From: Candidatus Pelagibacter sp.
GTDB lineage: Bacteria; Pseudomonadota; Alphaproteobacteria; Pelagibacterales; Pelagibacteraceae
Direction: 5' to 3'
Assembly (NCBI RefSeq): GCF_052049855.1
Contig: NZ_JBNGZE010000002.1
Span: forward strand, 211,798-275,797
DNA length: 64,000 nt
The notes under the pieces were generated by a model that made no database searches, was not told the DNA's origin, and saw only the letters and a list, made by a program, of their open reading frames with translations. Positions 1-9,785 of the stretch are shown piece by piece (the stretch's first letter is position 1; every line of letters begins with the position of its first letter). A program made the position numbers and the translations under genes.

Positions 1-180
1 TTAAACAAATATTCAAAAAATTATCTAAATCATTTGTTCAATACTAATGAAATATTAGCTTCAATGCTATTGACGCTTCATAATATTAATTTTTATCAAG
101 AATTAATGTCAAAAATTAGAAAAAATATTAATTCTGGCACATTTGATGATTTTCATAATAAATACATAGATAAGTTGTAG
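1..180 (+). CDS. tgt: Queuine tRNA-ribosyltransferase, C-terminal fragment (runs off left edge)
   Basis: Frame 1 reads LNKYSKNYLNHLFNTNEILASMLLTLHNINFYQELMSKIRKNINSGTF..., matching the TGT C-terminal YSxxYLxHL...HN..FY..LM..IR pattern; TAG at 178-180. Confidence 0.85.
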   Translation, partial: LNKYSKNYLNHLFNTNEILASMLLTLHNINFYQELMSKIRKNINSGTFDDFHNKYIDKL

Positions 181-334
181 TTAGAGCAACTGTGCCATTT
201 TGTATGAATAATCATGTCAAATTCCTTAATTAAATAACCTTAATTGATCAAAACTTTTAAATTCAACGAATTGAAAAATAAAAATTTATCTGTATACACA
301 CAATATTCATTTAAAAAAAATGAATCAATTTTGT

Positions 335-410
<76 letters not shown>

Positions 411-419
411 TCAATTGAA

Positions 420-1247
420 TTAGCTAATTTCAATTGGTGGGTAATCTAAAATTACTCCACCCATCTTTTCGTTTAAATCTTTAATTCTATTGTCAGATGA
501 TGGATGTGTACTCATAAATTCAGGTGGTTCTTTACCTTTATTAAGTTCTTTCATTCTTTCCCAAATCTTTACAGTTTCTCTAATATCATAACCTGATAAT
601 GATGAAAAAATCATTCCTAAATAATCAGCTTCACTTTCTTGTTTTCTATTGAAAGGATTTAATAATCCTAGTTGTGTAATCAATCCAACTGTATTTATCC
701 CAGTTGTTCTATTAACTTGCGATAGTTTTCCTCCACTAAAAATATCTATTAGTTGTGTTCCTGTATTTACCAATGTGGCTCTACTTGCTCTTTCAACCGA
801 ATGTTTTGCTACAGCATGAGCAATTTCGTGCCCCATAACTGCAGCTAAACCATCAGTATTTTTTGTTGCTTCAAGAATACCAGTGTACACAGCTATTTTG
901 CCACCTGGCATACACCAAGCATTTCTAACTTTTTTACGATCAATTAGAATATATTCCCATTCGAAGTTAATTGTTGGGTCTTCAATTCCTGCTCTATAAA
1001 AATACTCCGAAATTGAGTTTTCCATTTTTTTTCCGATCTCTTTGATTTCATTTAAAGTTTTTGTGTCATCACTCATTTTTTCTTTTTCTTTTATTTTTTC
1101 ATATATAGCAGCTGCTTGAGCATTAAGTTTTGCTTCAGAGACAATTTTTAATTGTTTTCTCTCGGTAATAGGAGCAGTGGTACAAGAAGATAGTAATAAA
1201 GTTCCACATCCACAACCCATATAAGATAAGAATTTTCTTCTATTCAT
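420..1247 (-). CDS. M48 family zinc metallopeptidase (BepA/Oma1-like), predicted Tat lipoprotein
   Basis: HEIAH zincin motif, NAWCMPGG, ESEAD, STHP; N-terminal RRKFL and lipobox LSSC. Confidence 0.9.
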   Translation of the reverse strand: MNRRKFLSYMGCGCGTLLLSSCTTAPITERKQLKIVSEAKLNAQAAAIYEKIKEKEKMSDDTKTLNEIKEIGKKMENSISEYFYRAGIEDPTINFEWEYILIDRKKVRNAWCMPGGKIAVYTGILEATKNTDGLAAVMGHEIAHAVAKHSVERASRATLVNTGTQLIDIFSGGKLSQVNRTTGINTVGLITQLGLLNPFNRKQESEADYLGMIFSSLSGYDIRETVKIWERMKELNKGKEPPEFMSTHPSSDNRIKDLNEKMGGVILDYPPIEIS

Positions 1248-1359
1248 AACTATAAAATTTGATAATAGTAGTTTAACATGAATCTTAACAATAAAATATT
1301 AATAGTATTATTTATTATTTCAATATTGTTTGTTATTTACGCTAGTTACAGTTAATTTT

Positions 1360-1977
1360 ATGGCTAAAAAAAGTACTAAAAAATCTTTATCTTTAACTCT
1401 TAGAAACTATTTTATCGCTGGTGTTGTTGTTTTAATACCAATAGGTTTTACTTTATATTTAACTAAAATTTTAATAGGGATATCTTCAAATTTAATTCCC
1501 AAGAACATTAATCCAAATAGTTATTTACCCTTCAATATTCCTGGCGTTGAAATTGTAATTTCAATTTTACTAATTACTATCGTAGGTGGACTGTCCTTAT
1601 CATTTTTTGGAAGAAGAATTCTAAAATTAATTGATGATTTGTTTAAAAGAATTCCTTTTTTAAGAACCGTTTATTCAGCAATTGTTCAAATGACTGAAAC
1701 CTTTTCAAAAAAAGATGACGGCAAAAAGAGTGTTGTTTTAATTGAATATCCCAGAAAAGGAGTTTGGGCTGTTGGATTTGCTACAAAAGAAAATAAAGGA
1801 GAGATGGCAGAAAAAACAGGGAAAAATTTAATCAATGTTTTTGTGCCAACGACACCAAACCCAACTAGTGGTTTTTTATTAATGTTCCCAGTAGAAGATA
1901 TTATATATTTAAATATGTCTTTTGAAGAAGCTTCTAAATTTATTGTATCAGCGGGCACCTCAACAAAAAAATCTTAA
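1360..1977 (+). CDS. DUF502 family membrane protein
   Basis: RNYFIAG, EYPRKG, VFVPTTPNPTSGFL motifs. ATG at 1360 preferred over TTG at 1330. Confidence 0.85.
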   Translation: MAKKSTKKSLSLTLRNYFIAGVVVLIPIGFTLYLTKILIGISSNLIPKNINPNSYLPFNIPGVEIVISILLITIVGGLSLSFFGRRILKLIDDLFKRIPFLRTVYSAIVQMTETFSKKDDGKKSVVLIEYPRKGVWAVGFATKENKGEMAEKTGKNLINVFVPTTPNPTSGFLLMFPVEDIIYLNMSFEEASKFIVSAGTSTKKS

Positions 1978-4031
1978 GCGATATCGTTTATTATATCAGC
2001 CCTATCATATAATTTTATTAAAGGTTTAAATTTTCCTATATCTTCATTGCATTTTTCTATTCTTTTCATTTCCTTTTCAGCTAAATTGAAAAGATCACTA
2101 TTATGAATTGGATCCGCTAGTTTAAAATTTTTAATTCCACTTTGCTTAAAACCTAAGATATCTCCAAAACCTCTTAATTTCATATCCTCTTCAGATATTA
2201 AAAAACCATCATTTGAGTCTTTTAAAATTTTAATTCTTTTTTTTGCGTTATCACTTAAATTAGATTTAAACATAAGAATACAAGTGGACTCTTTCTCACC
2301 ACGACCAACTCTACCCCTTAATTGATGAAGCTGAGAAAGTCCAAATTTATTTGCATTCTCTATTACTATTACGTTGGCATTAGGAAAATCAATTCCAACT
2401 TCAATTATTGTTGTTGAAACTAAAATTTTAAATTTTTTATTTAAAAAATCATTAAGAATTATATTTTTTTCCTCTAAATCTGTTTTGCCGTGTAGCAAAG
2501 AAACCTGGTTTGGGAATAGTTTTTTTAATAATTTAAATTTCATTACAGCAGAAGTGTGGTCTAGTTTTTTTGACTCTTCAATTAAGGGACATACCCAAAA
2601 AATTTGGTTACCTAATTTAATTTGTTTATCCACAAATTTTAAAACATCATCAATTTTTGCTTCTAATTTACTATAAGTTTTTATTAATTTTCTATTTTTA
2701 GGTTTTTCACGAATTATAGAAATATCCATATCACCGTAAATTGTCATTGTTAATGTTCTAGGTATTGGTGTTGCTGTCATTAAAAGAACATCACAATCTA
2801 CTCCACCTTTATCGGACAACTTTTTTCTCTGGTTTACACCAAATTTATGCTGCTCATCTATTATTATTAATCCTAATTTTCTAAAGATAACTTTTTTTTG
2901 AAAAATTGCATGTGTCCCAAAAATTATATCAATTTTATTAATTTCCAAATTTTTAAGTATTTCTTTTTTTTTCTTGTATTCAGACTTTCCTGAAATTAAT
3001 TCTAAATTAATATTTTTAGGAAATATTTTTTTTGCTAAATTAAAATGTTGTCTTGCAAGAATTTCCGTAGGTGCCATAATTGCAACTTGGAAACCAGAGT
3101 TTATAGTGTTTAGTGCAGCTAATAGAGAGACTATTGTTTTTCCACTACCCACATCTCCTTGTAAGAGTCTGAACATTTTGTTTGATGAGCTTAAATCTTT
3201 GTTTATTTCATCCAATGCATTTTTCTGATCATTTGTAAGCTTAAAATCTAAATTTTTAATTAATGAATTTTGTTCATTTGAATTGATTATTTTATTTTTT
3301 TTTTTAATTTTTTTTATTTTTTTTCTTATTTCTGAATTAACTAAAAATGTCGAAAATATTTCATCATAAGCGAGCCTTTGATAAAAATTTGATCTATAGT
3401 TCCCAATATTTTCAGGTTTATGTAATTCTTTAATTGATTTGTTCCAACTTATATTCTGAAAATTTAACATAACATTTTTAGAGTGCCACTCTTTGAAATC
3501 TGGTAAATTAGCAATAATTTGATTTAAAATTTTATTATATATTTTTTCAGATATACCATCAGTTAAAGAGTACTTACTATGAACTTGTTTAATTAATGTA
3601 GAGTCCTCTGATATGTATTTAGGATTTGTAATTTGGTATTTATTTCTAAAATGTCCTATTTTTCCACTTACGGTTATTTCTTTTCCTAATGGTAGTATTT
3701 TTTTTATATATCCTTCATAACTATTAAAAAAAATACAATCTATTTCGCCTGTTTCATCAGTACATAAAACTCTGTTAGGTAATTTCCTTATATGCGGGAA
3801 GTAATATTTTTGTGGTATAATGGTTACCGTTTGTATTTCACCAATTTTTAAATCTTTTATTTTTGATGATAAGCTTCTATCTGTAAAAGATTTTGGAAGT
3901 TTCCACAATAAATCAAACAAATTATTAATATTTTTCTTCTTTAATAAATTTTTTGTTTTAGTTCCTACACCCTTTAAAGAACTTAAGTCTGACAATAAAT
4001 ATTGATAATTTGTTTTATTATTCACTAACAA
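1974..4031 (-). CDS. recG: ATP-dependent DNA helicase RecG
   Basis: RLLQGDVGSGKT, DEQH box, MTATPIPRTL, QLHQLRGRVGRG; N-terminal wedge/OB region. Confidence 0.97.
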   Translation of the reverse strand: MLVNNKTNYQYLLSDLSSLKGVGTKTKNLLKKKNINNLFDLLWKLPKSFTDRSLSSKIKDLKIGEIQTVTIIPQKYYFPHIRKLPNRVLCTDETGEIDCIFFNSYEGYIKKILPLGKEITVSGKIGHFRNKYQITNPKYISEDSTLIKQVHSKYSLTDGISEKIYNKILNQIIANLPDFKEWHSKNVMLNFQNISWNKSIKELHKPENIGNYRSNFYQRLAYDEIFSTFLVNSEIRKKIKKIKKKNKIINSNEQNSLIKNLDFKLTNDQKNALDEINKDLSSSNKMFRLLQGDVGSGKTIVSLLAALNTINSGFQVAIMAPTEILARQHFNLAKKIFPKNINLELISGKSEYKKKKEILKNLEINKIDIIFGTHAIFQKKVIFRKLGLIIIDEQHKFGVNQRKKLSDKGGVDCDVLLMTATPIPRTLTMTIYGDMDISIIREKPKNRKLIKTYSKLEAKIDDVLKFVDKQIKLGNQIFWVCPLIEESKKLDHTSAVMKFKLLKKLFPNQVSLLHGKTDLEEKNIILNDFLNKKFKILVSTTIIEVGIDFPNANVIVIENANKFGLSQLHQLRGRVGRGEKESTCILMFKSNLSDNAKKRIKILKDSNDGFLISEEDMKLRGFGDILGFKQSGIKNFKLADPIHNSDLFNLAEKEMKRIEKCNEDIGKFKPLIKLYDRADIINDIA

Positions 4032-4050
4032 CTAATATATTCTAATTATT

Positions 4051-4314
4051 ATGATCAATATAGATGAATTAAAAAAAAAAATTATTTATCGATCAAATTA
4101 TAGGGGCACAAAAGAAATGGATAATCTTTTAGGTGCATTTACAAAAAAATATATAAATAATTTAAATGAAAATGATCTTATTGATTTAGAAAAATTACTG
4201 AATATTGATGACACTAATTTATATAATTTTTATAATGGTTTTAAAACTGATTTTGAATTTGAAAATAATAATATCAATTTATTATATAAAAATTTTGATT
4301 ATTCACAAAAATGA
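4051..4314 (+). CDS. sdhE: Succinate dehydrogenase flavinylation factor (SdhE/Sdh5)
   Basis: YRSNYRGTKEMD matches the RGxxE motif; 87 aa; divergent from recG. Confidence 0.85.
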   Translation: MINIDELKKKIIYRSNYRGTKEMDNLLGAFTKKYINNLNENDLIDLEKLLNIDDTNLYNFYNGFKTDFEFENNNINLLYKNFDYSQK

Positions 4315-4404
4315 TGGCGGAGAGACTGGGATTCGAACCCAGGAAAGAGTTGCCCCTTTGCCGGTTTTCAAGACCGGTGCTTTCAACCGCTCAGCCATCT
4401 CTCC
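4315..4404 (-). tRNA. tRNA-Ser(UGA)
   Basis: Reverse complement GGAGAGATGG...CCGGT-CTTGAAA-ACCGG, long variable arm, ends TCTCTCCGCCA; 90 nt. Confidence 0.97.
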
Positions 4405-4490
4405 GTTAGCAAGTTTTTATAATTATAATTATTTAATTCAACCATAAAATAGTCTAATAGACTTATTAATTAAAAGCACCACGGTTTCCT

Positions 4491-5369
4491 ATGAACAAAG
4501 AATTTAACAAAGGCTTATTACTTGCTGGGTTTGGATCTTTTTGGTGGGGGTTTTTTGGTGTAATTTATTTTAAATATATAGCTTATATTGGCCATATTGA
4601 ATTAGTTGTTCATAGATGCTTATGGACAGCCTTTACTTTAATTCTGACTACCTTTTTTTTCTCTAAATGGAATATTTTTTTTAAAATTGTAAAAAATAAA
4701 TCAAATTTATTTTATTTATTTATCTCAGGTTTTTTAATTTTTATAAATTGGGGTGTGTGGATTTATGCTATAGCTACAAATAGAATTATAGATGCCAGTT
4801 TTGGTTATTTTATTATGCCCATTTTAAGCGTAATGCTTGGTTATATTTTTTTTAAAGAGAAACTTAATAAAAAAAGAGTCTTTTCAATTCTGTTAGTTAT
4901 TCTATCTATCGTTTTTTTAATAATTATAAGCATTAAATCATTACCTTGGGTTGGTTTAATTGTTGCTTTAAGTTGGGGGTTTTACAATCTAGTTAGAAAA
5001 AAAATTAATGTTGATACTGATGTAGGTCTTCTTATAGAGAGTTTATTTATTTTGCCATTTGCAATGTTAGCTTTTTATTTTATAGCAAGCAAAGGATATA
5101 ATGATTTTCAATTGTCTGATCCACCAATGATGCTATTTATTTATCTTGCTGGACCTATGACTGTCATACCTTTATTTTTATATGTTAGAGGAGTTGAACT
5201 CTGTGGTTTAGGACCGACTGGCATGATATTTTATATTACTCCTACTTTTCAGTTTTTATTAGGTTTTTTTTATTACAACGAGCCTTTTTCAATAACAAAA
5301 TTAGTTAGTTTTATTTTTATTTGGATTGCTGTAATTATATATTTGAAGGATTTACATGAAACTAGTTAA
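4491..5369 (+). CDS. rarD: RarD-type EamA/DMT transporter
   Basis: About 10 TM segments; INWGVWIYA, DASFGYFIMP, FYITPTFQFLLG typical of RarD. Confidence 0.85.
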   Translation: MNKEFNKGLLLAGFGSFWWGFFGVIYFKYIAYIGHIELVVHRCLWTAFTLILTTFFFSKWNIFFKIVKNKSNLFYLFISGFLIFINWGVWIYAIATNRIIDASFGYFIMPILSVMLGYIFFKEKLNKKRVFSILLVILSIVFLIIISIKSLPWVGLIVALSWGFYNLVRKKINVDTDVGLLIESLFILPFAMLAFYFIASKGYNDFQLSDPPMMLFIYLAGPMTVIPLFLYVRGVELCGLGPTGMIFYITPTFQFLLGFFYYNEPFSITKLVSFIFIWIAVIIYLKDLHETS

Positions 5370-6357
5370 TTTTTTTTTATTTTTTATTTTTATTTCTATT
5401 AATTATTCATTTGCTGATATCAATAAAGAATTTGAAAATTGGAAATTAAATTTTAAAAAAATAGCTTTAGAAAACAATATTTCAGAAAAAACATTTGATA
5501 GAGTTATGTCCGATACTAAATTTTTATCAGATGTAATAAAATATGACAGGTTTCAACCTGAATTTTACGAAGATACTAAAACTTATATTTCAAAAAGAAC
5601 ATCTTCAAAAAAAGTCTCGTTAGGAAAAAAATTCTATGAAAAAAATTCTACTTTAATAAATACTGTTGAAAACGAATTTAATATAGAAAGAGAGTTACTG
5701 TTAGCTTTAATGGGAATAGAAACTAATTTTGGGACGTATGTTGGTAAAATGGATATTTTGTCCTCTTTGGCAACTTTAAGTTTTGATAAAAGAAGATCAG
5801 AATTTTTTACAAATGAATTATTGACACTTTTACGATTAATAGAAAATGAACAAATAGATTATAAAACGTTATATGGATCTTGGGCTGGTGCTTTTGGTTT
5901 TTTTCAATTTATGCCATCAACAATGAAAAATTATGCAATAGACCATGATGGAAACGGATATATAGATTTAAAAAATAATAATGATGCTTATGCTTCAGCA
6001 TCAAACTATTTAAATCAAATAGGTTGGAAAAGTGAGAAACCTTGTTTTTATAAAATTGATTTATCAGAGAATATACCAAGTAAATATTTGAACATTTCTG
6101 CAAAAAAACTTCATGATAAAAAAAAATTAAAATATTTTAGAAAATTTATACAAAATAATGATCAAATAGACAAAAAGTACAACGCTTATAAGGTTGCTAT
6201 TATAACACCAGATAAAGATATTATACCTGATGCCGAAACTTTAAATCCAGCTTATGTCGTATTTGATAACTATGAGATAATATTAAAATGGAATAGATCA
6301 TTGCGATTTGCTTTAGCCGTTTGTACATTAAAAGATAAATTTAAAAATGAACTTTAA
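5356..6357 (+). CDS. mltB: Lytic murein transglycosylase, MltB/SLT_2 family
   Basis: Signal peptide; GIETNFG catalytic Glu; GSWAGAFGFFQFMPS; EF-hand-like DHDGNGYID; WNRS. Confidence 0.9.
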   Translation: MKLVNFFLFFIFISINYSFADINKEFENWKLNFKKIALENNISEKTFDRVMSDTKFLSDVIKYDRFQPEFYEDTKTYISKRTSSKKVSLGKKFYEKNSTLINTVENEFNIERELLLALMGIETNFGTYVGKMDILSSLATLSFDKRRSEFFTNELLTLLRLIENEQIDYKTLYGSWAGAFGFFQFMPSTMKNYAIDHDGNGYIDLKNNNDAYASASNYLNQIGWKSEKPCFYKIDLSENIPSKYLNISAKKLHDKKKLKYFRKFIQNNDQIDKKYNAYKVAIITPDKDIIPDAETLNPAYVVFDNYEIILKWNRSLRFALAVCTLKDKFKNEL

Positions 6358-7108
6358 AAAACTCATATTAATCATTTCTATATTTTTTTTGTCTGCATGT
6401 AATCAATTTGATCAAGAAAATAAAAACTTAGTTTATATTACTGATCAAAAGTATAGTAATACTGGATTTACTTTAATTTATGATAATGAATTAAAAAAAG
6501 AAAAAAAAATATCAAAAAAAATAGATAATAGATCTCTTTTAATTTTCCATAATAAAATTAAAAAAAATTCATTTGTTAAAATTACAAATCCTGTAAATGA
6601 TAAGTCAATCATAGCTGAAGTAATCTCTAATAATGTTAATTTCTCATCTTTTTATAACTCTGTAATTACAAAACGAATTGCTGAGGAGCTATCACTTGAC
6701 CCCAAAGAACCTTATATTGATCTTGCTTTAATCTCAAAAAGTTCAACATTTGTAGCTAAAAAAGCAAAGACTTTTGATGAAGAGAAAAGTGTAGCTGAAA
6801 AAGCTCCTGTTGACGGAATTACAATAGATAATCTGGGTGAAGAAAAAAACAAAGAAATCAAAATAAAAAAACACAAATTTTTATATTCAATAAAGATCGC
6901 AGATTTTTATTACAGAGACTCGGCAGAAAATATGGTTGATAGAATAAAAGATGAGACAAATATAAAAAAACCTATAATTAAGAAATTATCTAAAACCAAA
7001 TATAGGGTATTATTGGGTCCATTTAATGATATAAAAAAACTAGAAAAATCATTTAATGAAATAAAAGTGTTAAATTTTGAAAATATAGAGATATTAAAAG
7101 ATGTTTAG
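6347..7108 (+). CDS. RlpA-like lipoprotein with C-terminal SPOR domain; DPBB domain appears degenerate
   Basis: Lipobox FLSAC; VKITNPVNDKSI resembles the RlpA VxVTNxxNGxSV; C-terminal YRVLLGPF SPOR motif; mltB-rlpA-dac synteny. Confidence 0.75.
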   Translation: MNFKKLILIISIFFLSACNQFDQENKNLVYITDQKYSNTGFTLIYDNELKKEKKISKKIDNRSLLIFHNKIKKNSFVKITNPVNDKSIIAEVISNNVNFSSFYNSVITKRIAEELSLDPKEPYIDLALISKSSTFVAKKAKTFDEEKSVAEKAPVDGITIDNLGEEKNKEIKIKKHKFLYSIKIADFYYRDSAENMVDRIKDETNIKKPIIKKLSKTKYRVLLGPFNDIKKLEKSFNEIKVLNFENIEILKDV

Positions 7109-8252
7109 AATTTTATTAATTGTAATTTTTTTTAGTTTTTCATTAGTAAATTTTTCAAAAGCTAATTTTGATGTAAAAGCAAGAACTGCAATATTACAAG
7201 ATTATCATTCTGGTGAAATTCTCTATGAAAAAGAGCCAGATATTTCAATTTATCCGGCCTCTATGACAAAAATAATGACAGCAATTATTGCTTTTGATCT
7301 AATAAAATCAGGTGATCTTAGTTTAGATGAAAAATTTATAATATCAGAGAGAGCCTGGAGATTATCTACATCCGGATACTCATCGATGTTTATAATGGTA
7401 GGTGATCAGGTTTCTGTAGAAAATTTATTAAGAGGTATTATTGTTGCCTCTGGAAATGATGCTTGTATTGCATTAGCTGAAGGCATAGCAGGCACTGAAG
7501 AAGAATTTGCAATTTTAATGACTGCTAAAGCAAAAGAACTAGGGATGGATAATACAAATTTTTCTAATTCATCAGGAATAAATGACCCTGATAATTACTC
7601 AACTGTTAGAGATATTTTAAAAATGTCTAGGTATTTAATTAAAGAACATCCTGAATTTTACAAAATGTTTGCTGAAAAAGAATTTACGTGGGATAGAACA
7701 GGAGGTGATCCAATAACACAGGGAAATAGAAATCCTTTACTTTATAAAAATCTTGGAGCAGATGGAATAAAAACTGGTTATTTAGCAGTTGAAAAATATT
7801 CTTTAGCATCATCAATAGATAGAAATGGCAGAAGATTAATAGCTGTGGGAAGTGGCTTTAAATCAAAAAACTCCAGATCTAGAGAAAGCACAAAATTACT
7901 TACATTTGGTCTTACCAATTATGATCTCGTTGAAATAGCTATAGCGAATAAACCATTACATAAAATTGACGTTTGGTTAGGAAAAGAGAACAGTGTTGAA
8001 GCATATACAAAGGAGGATATTTATAAAACAATCAAAAAAGCGAAAAAAAAACTTTTAAAAGTTGCTGTTAAGTATGATGGACCAGTCGAAGCACCAATTA
8101 AAAAAGATCAAAAAATAGCCACTTTAAGAGTTGTTTATGATCAAGAACTTGTTGGTGAGTATGATCTACTTTCATCGAAAGAAATTAAAAAAGTTAATTT
8201 TTTTACAAGATTAATAAAATCAATAAATTATCTAATTTGGGGTGATGTCTAA
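7101..8252 (+). CDS. dacA: D-Ala-D-Ala carboxypeptidase (peptidase S11, PBP5/6-like)
   Basis: SxxK (ASMTK), SxN (SGN) and KTG motifs; PBP5 C-terminal domain. Confidence 0.92.
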   Translation: MFRILLIVIFFSFSLVNFSKANFDVKARTAILQDYHSGEILYEKEPDISIYPASMTKIMTAIIAFDLIKSGDLSLDEKFIISERAWRLSTSGYSSMFIMVGDQVSVENLLRGIIVASGNDACIALAEGIAGTEEEFAILMTAKAKELGMDNTNFSNSSGINDPDNYSTVRDILKMSRYLIKEHPEFYKMFAEKEFTWDRTGGDPITQGNRNPLLYKNLGADGIKTGYLAVEKYSLASSIDRNGRRLIAVGSGFKSKNSRSRESTKLLTFGLTNYDLVEIAIANKPLHKIDVWLGKENSVEAYTKEDIYKTIKKAKKKLLKVAVKYDGPVEAPIKKDQKIATLRVVYDQELVGEYDLLSSKEIKKVNFFTRLIKSINYLIWGDV

Positions 8253-8859
8253 AAAACCCATCATTGTTTTTGAGGGTATAGAGGGCAGTGGTAAGAGCCA
8301 TCATATTAATAAAGTTTCAAACTTTTTAGATAAAAAAAAAATAAAATATATAAAAATAAGAGAACCAGGAGGTAGCTTAAATTCTGAAAAAATAAGAAGA
8401 TTAATTTTAAGTAGGAAATCTAATTTTAATATTAATACTGATTTACTTTTATATTTAGCAGCCCGGAGTGAAAATATAAATCTTATAAAAAAATCATATA
8501 AGAAAAAAATTATTTTGATTGATAGATTCGTAGACTCAACTATTGCATATCAGCATTATGGTATGGGTATCGATTTAAAAATTATAAAAATAATAAATAA
8601 ATTTCTATTAAAAAAAATTAAAGTCAATTTTACTTTTCTTAATGTTGTAAATAAAAAAAATCTATTTCAAAGATTAAAAAAAAGGAAATCATTAAATAGA
8701 TATGATCAATTCGATATGAATTTTTATAATAAAGTTCAAAAAGGTTTTTTAAAATTAGTAAAACTAAATAAAAAATCTTACAAAATAATAGATTCTAATT
8801 TAGATATAAAAAAAAATGAATATTTAATAATAAATCAAATTAAAAAATTAATAAAATGA
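8245..8859 (+). CDS. tmk: Thymidylate kinase
   Basis: FEGIEGSGKS P-loop, REPGG, DRF..STIAYQ. Confidence 0.95.
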   Translation: MSKKPIIVFEGIEGSGKSHHINKVSNFLDKKKIKYIKIREPGGSLNSEKIRRLILSRKSNFNINTDLLLYLAARSENINLIKKSYKKKIILIDRFVDSTIAYQHYGMGIDLKIIKIINKFLLKKIKVNFTFLNVVNKKNLFQRLKKRKSLNRYDQFDMNFYNKVQKGFLKLVKLNKKSYKIIDSNLDIKKNEYLIINQIKKLIK

Positions 8860-9785
8860 ATTTAAATCCCTTAACTCAAATAAATTTATTTGAGCATAAA
8901 AAAATTTTTAATCAATTAACCAAATTATCTAAAAACGATACTTTGCCTAATAAAATTCTTTTATCTGGTGAAAAAGGTATTGGCAAATCAACTTTAGCAT
9001 ATCATTTAATCAATTTTGTATTGTCGGAAAACGAAGAACATCCCTATGATTATAAAAATAATAAAATTAATCCAGATAATAAGTCATACAAACTTATGCT
9101 AAATAAATCTAACCCAAATTTTTACTTAATTGATGTCTTAGAGGAAAAGAAAAATATTGATATAAATCAAATTAGGGAATTAATAACAAATCTAAACAAA
9201 TCCTCATTTAATAAAAAAAAAAGATTTGTTTTAATTGATAATATCGAATTATTAAACTTAAATTCTATTAATGCTTTGTTGAAAATTTTAGAGGAACCTA
9301 ATGAAAATATAAATTTTATTTTAATAAACAACAACAAAAGAGTGTTACCAACTCTTAAATCCAGATGTTTAAATTTTAAAGTTTTTTTAACAAAAGATCA
9401 GTCTATTAGAATTTGTAATCAATTATTAGAAAATGACATGAATACTATCATCAATAATAAGTTATTTGATTATTATGCAACACCTGGAAAATTATTTAAA
9501 TTAATTAAGTTATCTGAGGAATATGATTTGGATATTGTTAATTTTGATTTAAATTCAACTCTAAAAACTCTAATTAAAAATAAAATTTATAAAAAAGATA
9601 AATCAATTATTGAAATTATTTATTCCTTTATTGAACTTTATTTTAGAAACAATATATCTATTAAAAATATAAGTTTACTAAAGTCATACCATTATTTTTT
9701 AGGAAAAATTAATAATACTAGAACTTATAATTTAGATGAGGAAACATTATTTATGGAATTTGAGGATAAAATACTAAATGGATAA
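8856..9785 (+). CDS. holB: DNA polymerase III delta-prime subunit
   Basis: GEKGIGKS, NALLKILEEP, LPTLKSRC; tmk-holB-metG synteny. Confidence 0.9.
   Translation: MNLNPLTQINLFEHKKIFNQLTKLSKNDTLPNKILLSGEKGIGKSTLAYHLINFVLSENEEHPYDYKNNKINPDNKSYKLMLNKSNPNFYLIDVLEEKKNIDINQIRELITNLNKSSFNKKKRFVLIDNIELLNLNSINALLKILEEPNENINFILINNNKRVLPTLKSRCLNFKVFLTKDQSIRICNQLLENDMNTIINNKLFDYYATPGKLFKLIKLSEEYDLDIVNFDLNSTLKTLIKNKIYKKDKSIIEIIYSFIELYFRNNISIKNISLLKSYHYFLGKINNTRTYNLDEETLFMEFEDKILNG

Noticed and set aside
3295-3305. T11/A11 run in recG and similar A/T runs as phase-variable tracts
   Set aside because: Such runs are abundant here, encode Lys stretches in core genes and are expected from base composition.
4205-4447. 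80-aa ORF over tRNA-Ser, and the 66-aa ORF at 15043-15243 over tRNA-Pro
   Set aside because: Shadow translations of tRNA genes.
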